Part shown: in pieces, positions 38,873-51,064 of the stretch | How positions within the stretch are numbered: the first letter of the stretch is position 1 | How the letters are laid out: each line of letters starts with the position of its first letter | DNA from: Phycisphaerae bacterium | GTDB lineage: Bacteria > Planctomycetota > Phycisphaerae > SM23-33 | NCBI GenBank assembly: GCA_041661865.1 | Contig: JBAZTO010000016.1 | Location: forward strand, 2,201-66,200 | Reading direction: 5' to 3' | Length of the DNA: 64,000 bases | Translations under genes and position numbers: made by a program | Notes under the pieces: generated by a model | The model's database searches: none | What the model saw: the letters and a program-made list of their open reading frames with translations, nothing else | What the model was told of the DNA's origin: nothing

Positions 38873-40597
38873 TCAACCGCCGGAGCCGTGCAGGCAACTG
38901 TCCATCTCCTGTTGCTTGCGTTCCCTTGACTGGCCAAAATGGCTCAGGAGGTAGCCGATCTGGCTGTCGGTGATGGACCACAGGCGCCCGCGGTGGGCCG
39001 GCTGGTCGATGTCCAGGGTGACTTCGGAGGCCGCGGTCACTTTTTCGCGCTGGGCCAGGCGTTCAAGTTCCTCCAGGGTGGCGACGGTCACGGGCGAACT
39101 CTTGCCTTCCACTGTCGCGGTGTAGCCGACGCGGCGATTATTCCAGATGGTCATGCTGTAGCCCCAGCCCCCCAGCACCTGCACCAGCACCGACCAGCCC
39201 ACAAGCACGGCCACGACGATCAGCACGGCGCGCCGGCGAAAAACCCAGTCGGTCGCCGGGATCAGCAGCACCGCGAAGATCGGCATGGCGTCCACGATGG
39301 GCCGGTAGCCAAAGCTCCAGCCGCCCCACCAGTCGAACCACTTGAAGGCTATGACCAGCAGTGCCGCCAGGGCCACCACCAGCGGGCGGAGGAATGCGTA
39401 CTCCTTGCGGCGCCAACACTGGACGATTCCGACGGCGGCGAGCGCCACGAAGGGCGAAAACACCAGCAGCCCGCGCGAAGGGCTCACCAGCAGCCCCGCC
39501 GCCCCCAGCCACAAGGGCGTCTGCCAAAGTTCGCCGCTGCCGGTTTTCTGCATCGCCACGATCGCCCCGGCCGAGGCCTGGCCGAAGTTCTGCGGCGCGC
39601 CGAGATAGTAAGTGTTGTAGGCCGCCAATGCCACGGCCACCGGCAGGCAGGCCAGCGCGTAGACCAGCAGCGCCCTGCGATTGACGATCAGCAGGTAGGC
39701 CCCCACCGCCGCCACCACGATCAGGCTGGTCGGGCGGCAGGCCACCGCCGCGGAATAGGCCAGGCCGCAGCCGATCGTCCAGCGCCAGCGGCCAAGCACA
39801 CCCTCCACGCGCCCGCCGTCGCACACTGCGGGCTCGGCGGTGCGGGGGCGGAAGATTCGCGAGAGACACAGCGTCCCCAGGGCCAGGAAGAACTCGTTGG
39901 GCCCGTGCTGCCAGAGCGTCTGAGAGCTGATGCTCCACACGCAGGTGCCCAGGCCGTAAGCCAGGGCGATCAGGGCCGAGCGGCCGATGCCGGTGTACGC
40001 GCACGCGGTCAGGAAAATAAACGCCGCCGAGCCGGCCACCAGGGCCGAGGCGGTAAACTTCGCGCCGTACCACATCGCGACCACATTGCCAGTCAGCTTC
40101 TCCACGAACAACTTCAGCACCGCAAAGACCGGCAAGGCCGTCGCGGCGGCCCCGGGCCCGAACGTGTTGACGTACAGCGGCTGGCCGTTGGCGTCGCGGC
40201 GCACGCTGGGGACCAGGTAGTATCGGTGCTGTGCCGACGTCAAGGCCCCCAGGCGGCGTAGTTCGCGATACGTGGGAGCGTTGGGATCATCCACGGGCCG
40301 CTGGTCCCAGTTCTTGAACTGCAGTTGCACCGGGCCTTGGCGCGTCGATGCCGTCCAGACGAACATGGAGGGCGCATCATTGGGGTTGAACGTCATGCCT
40401 CGGCCTTCGAGCAAACCCGCGGCCAGGTAGGTGCTGGGAACCGCGTCGTTGCCGACAAGGATATCGCCGTTGATCTGGTAAACCCCCAGCAGGAGGAGGA
40501 AGATCAACCACCCGACGCGGCTGGGACGTGAAAAGAACCGCCGGATGAACGGGGCCTTCTCCGCTGGGGAGCTTCGCTGTTGCGTCGGATTAGCCAT
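38873..40597 (-). CDS. GT-C fold polytopic glycosyltransferase-like membrane protein
   Basis: Multi-TM; early GND acidic loop; GTCVWSISSQTLWQHGP; ACRP; SPSRGLL.FSP; W.GGWSFGYR. Confidence 0.7.
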   Translation of the reverse strand: MANPTQQRSSPAEKAPFIRRFFSRPSRVGWLIFLLLLGVYQINGDILVGNDAVPSTYLAAGLLEGRGMTFNPNDAPSMFVWTASTRQGPVQLQFKNWDQRPVDDPNAPTYRELRRLGALTSAQHRYYLVPSVRRDANGQPLYVNTFGPGAAATALPVFAVLKLFVEKLTGNVVAMWYGAKFTASALVAGSAAFIFLTACAYTGIGRSALIALAYGLGTCVWSISSQTLWQHGPNEFFLALGTLCLSRIFRPRTAEPAVCDGGRVEGVLGRWRWTIGCGLAYSAAVACRPTSLIVVAAVGAYLLIVNRRALLVYALACLPVAVALAAYNTYYLGAPQNFGQASAGAIVAMQKTGSGELWQTPLWLGAAGLLVSPSRGLLVFSPFVALAAVGIVQCWRRKEYAFLRPLVVALAALLVIAFKWFDWWGGWSFGYRPIVDAMPIFAVLLIPATDWVFRRRAVLIVVAVLVGWSVLVQVLGGWGYSMTIWNNRRVGYTATVEGKSSPVTVATLEELERLAQREKVTAASEVTLDIDQPAHRGRLWSITDSQIGYLLSHFGQSRERKQQEMDSCLHGSGG

Positions 40598-40693
40598 GAT
40601 CCTTGTATCGGAACAAGCCGGAATATCTGAACCCGAAATCAATGCAGGAACCATCGCGGGTAATACCGCTGCATTTCCTCAGCCGCGTTAGCG

Positions 40694-40856
40694 GCGTCTT
40701 GCTTAGCCCCACGCGGAAGCGTGGGGTTTCCCGGCACGAACAAGCACAAGCCCCAACGGGGCGCCTTGGTCGTGCGAATCGTCAAGACGCTCCTACGGAG
40801 CTAGACCACATCGGACAATCTCACCCCGGGCTTCCGCCCGAGGCTAAGAAAGACGC
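40694..40856. mobile_element. MITE/BIME-like element with imperfect terminal inverted repeats
   Basis: Left GCGTCTTGCTTAGCCCC versus right reverse complement GCGTCTTTCTTAGCCTC (15/17 identical); internal hairpins CCCCACGCGGAAGCGTGGGG, GCCCCAACGGGGC and GCTCCTACGGAGC. Confidence 0.6.
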
Positions 40857-40958
40857 ACCTGTGGTGCTCAATCAACAGCCACAGTAACCTTACATGTCAT
40901 CACCGACAAGGCAATGGTGTTGCTCGGATCTGTAGCCCACACTTGCAGCTCGCGATTC

Positions 40959-42704
40959 TCACATCTGCTCAGCCGTGTCGATGCCCAGCAGGCCCAGGCC
41001 CGTCTTGATCGTCCGGGCGGTAAGCTTGCAGAGCATCAGGCGGGCCGAGCGGGTCGGCTCCTCGGATTGCAGCACGGGGCAGTTTTCGTAAAAGCCCATG
41101 AACGCGCCGGCCAGGTCGTACAGGTAAGCGCACAGCACGTTGGGCGTGCAGTCGGCCGCGACGGCGGCGATGGTCTCGGGGAACTGCACCAGCTTGACCG
41201 CCAGGGCCCGCTCCGCCGCCTCGGTCACGACGATCGGCCCGGACAGGTCGGCCTCGTTCACGCCGGCCTTGCGGAAAATGCTTTTGATGCGGGCGTAAGC
41301 GTACTGCATGTAGGGCGCGGTGTTGCCCTCCAGCGAGAGCATCTTCTCCCACGAAAAGACGTAATCGCTCGTGCGGTTCTGCGACAAGTCGGCGTACTTG
41401 ACCGCGCCGATGCCCACGATGCGGGCGATCTCCCGCCGCTGCTCCTCGCTGAGCTCGGGGCTCTTGGCACTGACCAGATCGTAGGCCCGCTTGACGGCCT
41501 CCTCGAGCAGGTCCATCAGCTTGACCGTCCCACCGGCGCGAGTCTTGAACGGCTTGCCGTCCTTGCCGAGCATGACGCCAAAGCCGGCATGTTCGACTGA
41601 AACATTATCAGGCAGGAAGCCGGCGATCTTTCCGACGGCAAAGACTTGGCGCAGATGCAGCGTCTGTCGGGCATCAACCACGTACAGAAGGCGATTGGCG
41701 TGCAGCGTGCCGACTCGATAGCGCATGGCCGCCAGGTCCGTCGTGGCGTAGAGGTAGCCCTCATCAGACTTCTGCACGATCACCGGCAGCGGCTCACCGT
41801 CCTTGGCCTTGAACTCAGGCAGGAACACGCACTGGGCGCCCTGTGACTCCGTCAGCAACCCCTTGGCCTTCAACTCTTCGACAACCTTGGGCAGGTCATC
41901 ATTGAATGCACTCTCACCTCGCAAATCCTTTGCCGTAAGCGAGACGTTCAAGCGGTCATAAACCTGCTGGCAGTGCCCCAACGAGGTGCCCACGTACTGT
42001 CGCCACAACTCGATGAGCCGGTCGTGCAGCGAACCGATACCCGACTGCAACTCGAAGACGTACTTTCGGGCAACATCCGCAAAGGCAGGGTCCGCATCAA
42101 ACAGACGCTTGGCCTTGACGTAGAACTCTTCAAGATCCGAAAGCTCTCCGCTGTATTCCTGCCCCGAGGCGGCCAGCCGCTCCATGTAGGCCAGTAGCAT
42201 GCCGAACTGCGTACCCCAGTCGCCGACGTGGTTCTGGCGGATGACATTCAGTCCGCAGAATTCCAGGACACGAGCCAGAGCGTCACCAATGATCGTGCTC
42301 CGCAGGTGACCGACGTGCATCTCTTTGGCCAGATTGGGATGAGAGTAATCAATAACGATGGTCTGCGGGTTCGCCGGTTGATTCACGCCCAGGTGCTCGT
42401 CGGCGAGCAGGCTTGTGGTCTGCTGGGCCAGCCAGGCCGGGGCGAGGCGGACGTTGATGAAGCCCGGGCCGGCGACCTCGAGCTTGCCGGCCAGGGTGGA
42501 CAGGTCGGCGGCGGCGACGACCTTGTCAGCCAGTTCGCGCGGCTTGGTCTTGAGCGCCTTGGCCGCGGCCATCACGCCGTTGGCCTGGTAGTCGCCCAAT
42601 TCGGCGCGGGCCGAGGTGGCCACCAGGGCCGGGCTGCCCGGGGCCGCTCCAGCCGATTCCAGCGCCGCGGAGATCCGCCGTTCCAATTCCGCTTTGACGT
42701 TCAT
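40959..42704 (-). CDS. argS: Arginine--tRNA ligase
   Basis: GDYQANG, GPGFIN, IDYSHPNLAKEMHVGHLRSTIIGD, NHVGDWGTQFG, KSDEGYLY.TTDLAA, KPFKTR, GNTAPYMQYAYARI.SI. Confidence 0.98.
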   Translation of the reverse strand: MNVKAELERRISAALESAGAAPGSPALVATSARAELGDYQANGVMAAAKALKTKPRELADKVVAAADLSTLAGKLEVAGPGFINVRLAPAWLAQQTTSLLADEHLGVNQPANPQTIVIDYSHPNLAKEMHVGHLRSTIIGDALARVLEFCGLNVIRQNHVGDWGTQFGMLLAYMERLAASGQEYSGELSDLEEFYVKAKRLFDADPAFADVARKYVFELQSGIGSLHDRLIELWRQYVGTSLGHCQQVYDRLNVSLTAKDLRGESAFNDDLPKVVEELKAKGLLTESQGAQCVFLPEFKAKDGEPLPVIVQKSDEGYLYATTDLAAMRYRVGTLHANRLLYVVDARQTLHLRQVFAVGKIAGFLPDNVSVEHAGFGVMLGKDGKPFKTRAGGTVKLMDLLEEAVKRAYDLVSAKSPELSEEQRREIARIVGIGAVKYADLSQNRTSDYVFSWEKMLSLEGNTAPYMQYAYARIKSIFRKAGVNEADLSGPIVVTEAAERALAVKLVQFPETIAAVAADCTPNVLCAYLYDLAGAFMGFYENCPVLQSEEPTRSARLMLCKLTARTIKTGLGLLGIDTAEQM

Positions 42705-42728
42705 GAGTGTCTTTCCGCCAAAAAAGAT

Positions 42729-42840
42729 AGCCGCGAATCACACCAATTACACGAATTCAAACTTGAGTCAAGATCGGCCTGGTTGCTGCAGCCGTCTTTC
42801 TCTACTCAATTTCTTCGCGTAATTCGCGTAATTCGCGGCT
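42729..42840. repeat. AGCCGCGAAT...ATTCGCGGCT inverted-end element with 9-bp tandem units
   Basis: Left AGCCGCGAATCACACCAATTACACGAATTC; right CTTCGCGTAATTCGCGTAATTCGCGGCT; sits between rsfS and argS. Confidence 0.8.
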
Positions 42841-42844
42841 GGTA

Positions 42845-43228
42845 TTACTTCTTACTGGCCGGCTTCCGCCATCGCACGCGGGGCGCTTCGCCCCAGATCA
42901 GTTCCAGGTCGTAGTAGCGGCGGTGCGACGCGTCGAAAATATGCACCACCACATCCACGAAGTCCAGCACGATCCAGTCGCCGGACTGCTTTCCGGCCAC
43001 GTGCCAGACCTTCTGCCCGATCTTCGCGCCGCACTCGGCCACGTCGTCGGCGACCGTCCGCATCTGCCGGTCGGAAGTCCCGGTGCAGATGACGAAGTAC
43101 TGCGTGATCGGGCTGATCCCTCGCAGGTCCAGGACGATAATATCGTCGGCATTATCGTCCAGGGCGATTCGAGCCGCCTCGATCGCCAGCAGCCGTGCGG
43201 GGTCGTCTTTGCGTGCGCGCTTGGCCAA
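42845..43228 (-). CDS. rsfS: Ribosome silencing factor RsfS
   Basis: DIIVLDLRGIS.ITQYFVICTGTSDRQM, WIVLDFVDVVVHIF...RRYYDLE.IWG. Confidence 0.96.
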   Translation of the reverse strand: MAKRARKDDPARLLAIEAARIALDDNADDIIVLDLRGISPITQYFVICTGTSDRQMRTVADDVAECGAKIGQKVWHVAGKQSGDWIVLDFVDVVVHIFDASHRRYYDLELIWGEAPRVRWRKPASKK

Positions 43229-43241
43229 CTTTGATACCTTA

Positions 43242-45812
<2,571 letters not shown>

Positions 45813-46013
45813 TGCCACTTTTCCTGTTTCCCCCCAGGCCTTTTGCTCTTGCCCCTCTTGCTCGGAACAAATCCGACCAAGACTCGCCTGGTCACAAAAC
45901 CTGGGTCAAGTTACTGTTGATTGCTTAACCGCAGCGGCCAAGTGACGCTTGCGTCACCCGGCCGGTGTGGAAAAAACTATTGCAGAGTGCGCGTGCCACT
46001 CAAGCGGGAATCC

Positions 46014-46196
46014 CTACATCGGGAACATGGTCCGCTTGAAGCTCTTGCGAGCCCGGCGACGACGACGCTCGGAGGGCTTTTCGTAGTAGCTGTTGCGCTT
46101 GATGTCTTTGACCAGACCTTCTTTTTCGCACATCTTCTTGAAACGCCTGATCATCTGCTGGACCGACTCGTTGCCTCTGGACTTAACTTTAATCAT
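46014..46196 (-). CDS. rpsU: 30S ribosomal protein bS21
   Basis: ESVQQMIRRFKK.CEKEGL......YYEKPSERRRR. Confidence 0.95.
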   Translation of the reverse strand: MIKVKSRGNESVQQMIRRFKKMCEKEGLVKDIKRNSYYEKPSERRRRRARKSFKRTMFPM

Positions 46197-46445
46197 TCTG
46201 CAATCACTTTGCCTTTCACCTCGGATGCTCTTTTACCCGATCAAGAGTCCGTCTATGATAGGCATCGCCTTGAGCAGTTCAAGCTATTTTCGCACTTTTT
46301 GCGGACCGACCCCGGCGGGCCTTGACGGGGCCCCCCTCCGCCCTAGAATAGCAGCCTGGGAAAGCAGGATGCGTACAACCTTTTCCACGCCCGCAGGCGA
46401 GGTTTTGCCCCCTCCTGCCCCCCGGCGGCCAGGAAAGCGACAAAA

Positions 46446-46868
46446 ATGACACAACCCACACAAGCCATTGATCTTGAGATCCGAGTCCGCTACGTCGAGG
46501 CCGACCAGATGGGCGTGCTACACCACAGCCGCTACTGGGTCTATTTTGAGATGGGCCGAACCGAACTCCTTAGGGCAGCAGGGATTGTGTATCGCGACCT
46601 CGAAGAGGCCGGCGTTTTGTTCGTAGTGGCCCGCTGTAGCGCCAAGTACCACGCCCCAGCCCGCTACGACGACCTGCTGACGCTGACGACCCGCATCGCC
46701 CGCATGGGGGCGGCCAAGATCGACCACGAGTACGAACTCCGCCGCAAGAGCGACGGCCTGCTGCTGGCCACCGCCCAGACGACTTTGGCCTGTGTCGACC
46801 GAAGCGGCCAGGTGATAGAAATCCCGGCGGCGATACGCGAAGGCAAGGGACTTGGGGGGCAGCGCTAG
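46446..46868 (+). CDS. Acyl-CoA thioesterase (YbgC/4HBT hotdog family)
   Basis: IRVRYVEADQMGVLHHSRYWVYFEMGRTE, Y.APARYDDLL. Confidence 0.9.
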   Translation: MTQPTQAIDLEIRVRYVEADQMGVLHHSRYWVYFEMGRTELLRAAGIVYRDLEEAGVLFVVARCSAKYHAPARYDDLLTLTTRIARMGAAKIDHEYELRRKSDGLLLATAQTTLACVDRSGQVIEIPAAIREGKGLGGQR

Positions 46869-47758
46869 GCCCAGATGAATCGCTGGCCGGTCAAGCGGGT
46901 GTAGGCCTCGATGTATCGCTCGCGCGTGGCCTGGACGATTTCCAGCGGCAGCAGCGGACCGGGCGCCTGGCGGTCGAAACCGATTTCATCGAGCCAGTCG
47001 CGGAGAGGCTGCTTGTCGAAACTGGGCTGATCCTTGCCCGGCTCGTAAGCGTCGGCCGGCCAGAAGCGGGAGGAATCGGGCGTGAGGACTTCGTCGATGA
47101 GGATGATCGAACCGTCGGCCAGGCGGCCCCACTCGAACTTCGTGTCGGCCACGATGATGCCGCGCTGCGCGGCGTAGCTGCGGGCCCGGTTGTAGATGGC
47201 CAGGGACTTCTCGCGGACGATGTTCATCGTATCGGCGCCGACCAGTTCGCAGGCGACCTGGAAGGAGATGTTCTCGTCGTGGCCCTGGGAGGCCTTGGTC
47301 GAAGGGGTGAAGATCGGCTCGGGCAACTTGGAACACTGCTTGAGCTTCTTGGGCAGCTTGACCCCGCAGACCTCGCCGCTCTCCTTGTATTCCTTCCACG
47401 CGCTGCCGGCGAGGTAACCCCGCACGACACACTCGATGGGGATCACGTCGGCCTTGCGGCAAAGCATGAAGCGGCCTTCAATTTCCTCGTCGCGGCAGTC
47501 CTCGGGCAAGTCTTCCATTCGCGTGGAGACCAGGTGGTTGGCCACGATGTCGTCCAGCAGTTCAAACCAGAAGGCGCTGATCTGCGTCAACACCCGGCCC
47601 TTGTCGGGAATGCCGTTGGGCATCACCACGTCATAGGCGCTGATGCGGTCGGTGGCAACGATCAGTAGTTGCTCGGGCAATTCGTAGATGTCGCGAACCT
47701 TGCCCGATCTCTTGGGATAGTTGCCGATGGAGGTTGTCAGCAGGGCCGTTGATTTCAT
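46865..47758 (-). CDS. purC: SAICAR synthetase
   Basis: GKVRDIY, ATDRISAYD, IPIECVVRGYLAGS, IFTPSTKA..GHDENI, ADTKFEWG, LIDEVLTPDSSRFW, FDKQ.LRDWL. Confidence 0.98.
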   Translation of the reverse strand: MKSTALLTTSIGNYPKRSGKVRDIYELPEQLLIVATDRISAYDVVMPNGIPDKGRVLTQISAFWFELLDDIVANHLVSTRMEDLPEDCRDEEIEGRFMLCRKADVIPIECVVRGYLAGSAWKEYKESGEVCGVKLPKKLKQCSKLPEPIFTPSTKASQGHDENISFQVACELVGADTMNIVREKSLAIYNRARSYAAQRGIIVADTKFEWGRLADGSIILIDEVLTPDSSRFWPADAYEPGKDQPSFDKQPLRDWLDEIGFDRQAPGPLLPLEIVQATRERYIEAYTRLTGQRFIWA

Positions 47759-47810
47759 GGCGTTTCTTTTACTCCTCCCCGCCGTCGCCCGTCAAGGGGT
47801 TGCTCGCCGC

Positions 47811-48611
47811 TCAGCGGTGGGCCAGGTAGGCCAGGAAGAAGGCGATCTGGGTCAGCAGGTTGTTGGCCAGCAGGACCTTGCGGGTCAGGGCCCCCTGCCG
47901 CGCGCCCAGGGCCAGCCCCCCGCCGACGGCCGTCAGCATGGCCGTGGCCGGGATGCCCAGTTGCGTCCAGGGCCAGTGGTTGAAGTACATGATGGTGGCA
48001 GAAAGCACCGCGGCCAGCGAAAGGGTCGTCGCCAGCGGCGAGCAGCCCCGCGCGAAGGCTGCGACGGCCGGCTCGGTCGCCTGCGAGGGCTTGCGGAACT
48101 GGCAGGTGACCAGCATGGCCCAGCCGCCCCAGATCGGGGCCAGCAGCAGCGGGCGGAACATCGTCTGGGGGCGAACCCACCACCACACGCGCGGCCAATA
48201 CTGCGGCCAGTCGGGGTCCCAGCACTTGAGGCCCAGCAAGGCCAGGGCCAGTACCAGCAGTATGACGCTCGTGGCCACGGCCTGGCCCGGGCCCGACCCG
48301 CCCAGCGCCTCGGCCAACGCCGCCACCGCGCGCCGGTAGACCAGCAGCATTCCAATGGCCAGCACTACCGCCACGGGCATCAGCGGGATGCCCGAGTAGT
48401 CGCCGAACAATCCCCACGTCCAGCTCCACAGTTGCATGGACATTCCGCCCCAGAGCACCGAAACGATCATCAGCTCCAGCCACGCGGCGGCAAAACGCGG
48501 CGCCGGCTGGGATGCCAAGGCCTCGTCGCCGGCCGTGAGCAGCAGCACCGCCGGCCGGTGGGCCAGCCATCGCGTCAGGGCCTTGCCGAGTTGGAAAACC
48601 TTCGAGAGCAT
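47811..48611 (-). CDS. CobS-like membrane protein (adenosylcobinamide-GDP ribazoletransferase-like, degenerate)
   Basis: Multi-TM with a CobS-like pattern (LLLAP.WG.WAM; C-terminal R.G.LT..VL.A.N.L.Q), but the LHxDG..D..DG motif is not visible. Confidence 0.55.
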   Translation of the reverse strand: MLSKVFQLGKALTRWLAHRPAVLLLTAGDEALASQPAPRFAAAWLELMIVSVLWGGMSMQLWSWTWGLFGDYSGIPLMPVAVVLAIGMLLVYRRAVAALAEALGGSGPGQAVATSVILLVLALALLGLKCWDPDWPQYWPRVWWWVRPQTMFRPLLLAPIWGGWAMLVTCQFRKPSQATEPAVAAFARGCSPLATTLSLAAVLSATIMYFNHWPWTQLGIPATAMLTAVGGGLALGARQGALTRKVLLANNLLTQIAFFLAYLAHR

Positions 48612-48636
48612 CGTGGGTTTCTCGTGCGTAATGGCG

Positions 48637-49296
48637 TCAGTTCTTCTTCATGGCCGCGCGAGTCTCGGCCACGATCTTGACGTATCGGCGGGCCAGATCT
48701 TCGATCTCGCCGAAGTTGCCGCTCTCCAGGGCGGCCTTGGTCACCAGCGACGAGCCGATGCCGAGGGCCACCGCGCCGGCCTTGATCCAGTCGGCGGCAG
48801 TCGTCAGGTCCACCCCGCCGGTGGGCGAAAGTTTCAGGTGCGGCATGGGGGCCAGGACGTCCTTGAAGTAGCTGGGGCCAAACTGCCCGCCGGGAAAAAC
48901 CTTGACGATGTCGGCCCCGGCGTTGGAGGCGTTGAGAATCTCCGTCGGCGTCAGCGCGCCGGCGATCACCGGCAGGTCGGCGGCGTGGGCCCGCGCGATG
49001 ACCTCGGGATTGAAGATCGGAGAGACCACGAACTGCGCCCCGGCGGCGATGGCCTTGTCGGCCGTCGAGCCGTCCAGCACGCTGCCCACGCCGATCATCG
49101 CCGCGCCCAAGGCCGAGCGGCAATCGCTGATAACCTTCAGGGCGTTGGGAGTGGTCATCGTGATCTCGATGCACTCGACCCCGCCGGCCAGCAACGACTT
49201 GGCCACGTCAATAAGCTGCTCGCTACTCCTGGCACGGACAACCGCCACCACGCCCGTGGCACAAAGCCTCTCCACCGCTGCCGAACGATTGGACAT
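48637..49296 (-). CDS. eda: KDPG/KHG aldolase
   Basis: VVAVVR, GGV.CIEITM.TP, IGVGSVL, AGAQFVVSP, GALTPTEI, VKVFP, PTGGV, ALGIGS.L. Confidence 0.93.
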   Translation of the reverse strand: MSNRSAAVERLCATGVVAVVRARSSEQLIDVAKSLLAGGVECIEITMTTPNALKVISDCRSALGAAMIGVGSVLDGSTADKAIAAGAQFVVSPIFNPEVIARAHAADLPVIAGALTPTEILNASNAGADIVKVFPGGQFGPSYFKDVLAPMPHLKLSPTGGVDLTTAADWIKAGAVALGIGSSLVTKAALESGNFGEIEDLARRYVKIVAETRAAMKKN

Positions 49297-49639
49297 TGAT
49301 GCATTTCCTTTCGCCTTGAAACCATAGTAGGAGGCCCGTTGACAGTCAATCGGTTAATCGGACGACAGATGGAATCAGCTGGCGGGCCAGGCAGGCTGGT
49401 TGCACGTTCTGCCAACTGCGGGCCTCTTTCAAAATGGGTTGTCCTTATTAATTTCCGGGATTTCTTTGACAAATTGCGCAAAAGATATTATATAGGGGTG
49501 GCTTTCCCGATGCCGTTGGTGGCAGTGCGGTTCCGCCAGACTTCGGGAGTTTTACACGAGGGTCCAGCGCTTAGCCCAAGGCACCCATCAAAGGGCCCTT
49601 TGGGAGACCCTCCCAGAGAATCTCTTGGAGGAGAGAACC

Positions 49640-51052
49640 ATGCTTACCGGAATGTTGCGCGCGGGCATGCGTTGTGCCATATGTTTCTCGGCACTACTCA
49701 TCTGGTCGCTTCCTTCGCAGGCCCTGATCGCCTTCCCCGGCGCGGAGGGATTCGGCGCCAATGCCATTGGCGGCCGGTATGGCGACGTCTATCACGTGAC
49801 CTCGCTGGCTGACACCTATGTCCCCGGCACGCTGCGGTATGGCGTTTATTCCGCGCCGTCGGCCGGGAGGACAATCGTCTTCGACATCTCCGGCACCATT
49901 AACATGGCCCAGTACTTGAGCATTGCGCGCGACAAGGTCACCATTGCCGGCCAAACCGCTCCGGGCGACGGGATCACGATGGCCGGGTATGGCGTGTACA
50001 TTGATGCCAACGACGTCATTCTCCGCGACATGCGGTTCCGCCTGGGCACGGCCAACAACCAGGAGGCCGACACCCTGGGCATCAACAACGGCTCGAACAT
50101 CATTGTGGATCACTGTTCGGCCTCCTGGAGTGTGGATGAGACGCTTTCGGTGGCCGGCACGGCCCGCAACGTCACTGTGCAGTGGACGACGATTTCCGAA
50201 AGCCTCGACCACTCCATTCACAGTAAAGGCGCACACGGCTACGGGTCGCTGATCAGGCCGGATGTCGACGCCAGCTATACCTTCCACCACAACCTTTACG
50301 CCCACAACCGAAGCCGCAATCCCAGGCCCGGCACCTATAACGGCAAGCTCCTTCAGTTCGATTTTCGCAACAACGTGGTCTACGATTGGGGCCAGGCCGG
50401 CTACGGAGCCTACGACGGCGAGTACGTGAACATGAATTACGTCGGCAACTACCTGGTCGCGGGGCAGTCGACGAAGCCCGAAAACTTGGGCGACGCCTTC
50501 GCAGGCGGCAGCGTGGACACGCACATCTACCAATCCGGCAACATGATTGACAGCGACCGCGACGGCAATCACGACGGTGTGGACACCGGCTGGGGCATGA
50601 TCACCGACACTTACACGAAGGTCTTGTCTCCGTACAACTATGCGTCCGTGGCCACAGACACAGCCGACGTGGCTTACACGAGGGTGCTGGGCGATGTCGG
50701 GGCCCGGCCCTGGGCACGCGACCCGGTGGACCTTCGCATCATCAACGACGTCAAGAACGAGACTGGGCACGTCATCGACGCCACCTCGGAGGTCGGAGGC
50801 TTCCCGACACTGGCTTCGATCCTCCGGCCAACGGACTTTGATACCGACCTCGACGGCATGCCCAATTTCTGGGAGACGCTCTACGGCACCAACCCCAGCC
50901 TCGCCGATAACAGCGGCGATAGAGACGGCGACGGCTACACGAATCTTGAAGCCTACCTCGCCTACGCAGCCGTGCCCGAACCGGTCACCATGAGCCTGCT
51001 GATCCTGGGTGGCACGATGCTGCTGAGAAGGCGAAACTCTCGGCAGATTTGA
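49640..51052 (+). CDS. Pectate lyase (PL1-like) with PEP-CTERM sorting signal
   Basis: AFPGAEGFG..A.GGR.G.VYHVTSL.D..PGTLR, IAGQTAPGDGI, DHCSASWSVDE, HGYG, HNRSRNPR, DTDLDGMP..WE, C-terminal VPEP-hydrophobic-RRR. Confidence 0.9.
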   Translation: MLTGMLRAGMRCAICFSALLIWSLPSQALIAFPGAEGFGANAIGGRYGDVYHVTSLADTYVPGTLRYGVYSAPSAGRTIVFDISGTINMAQYLSIARDKVTIAGQTAPGDGITMAGYGVYIDANDVILRDMRFRLGTANNQEADTLGINNGSNIIVDHCSASWSVDETLSVAGTARNVTVQWTTISESLDHSIHSKGAHGYGSLIRPDVDASYTFHHNLYAHNRSRNPRPGTYNGKLLQFDFRNNVVYDWGQAGYGAYDGEYVNMNYVGNYLVAGQSTKPENLGDAFAGGSVDTHIYQSGNMIDSDRDGNHDGVDTGWGMITDTYTKVLSPYNYASVATDTADVAYTRVLGDVGARPWARDPVDLRIINDVKNETGHVIDATSEVGGFPTLASILRPTDFDTDLDGMPNFWETLYGTNPSLADNSGDRDGDGYTNLEAYLAYAAVPEPVTMSLLILGGTMLLRRRNSRQI

Positions 51053-51064
51053 CGGAAAGCATGT

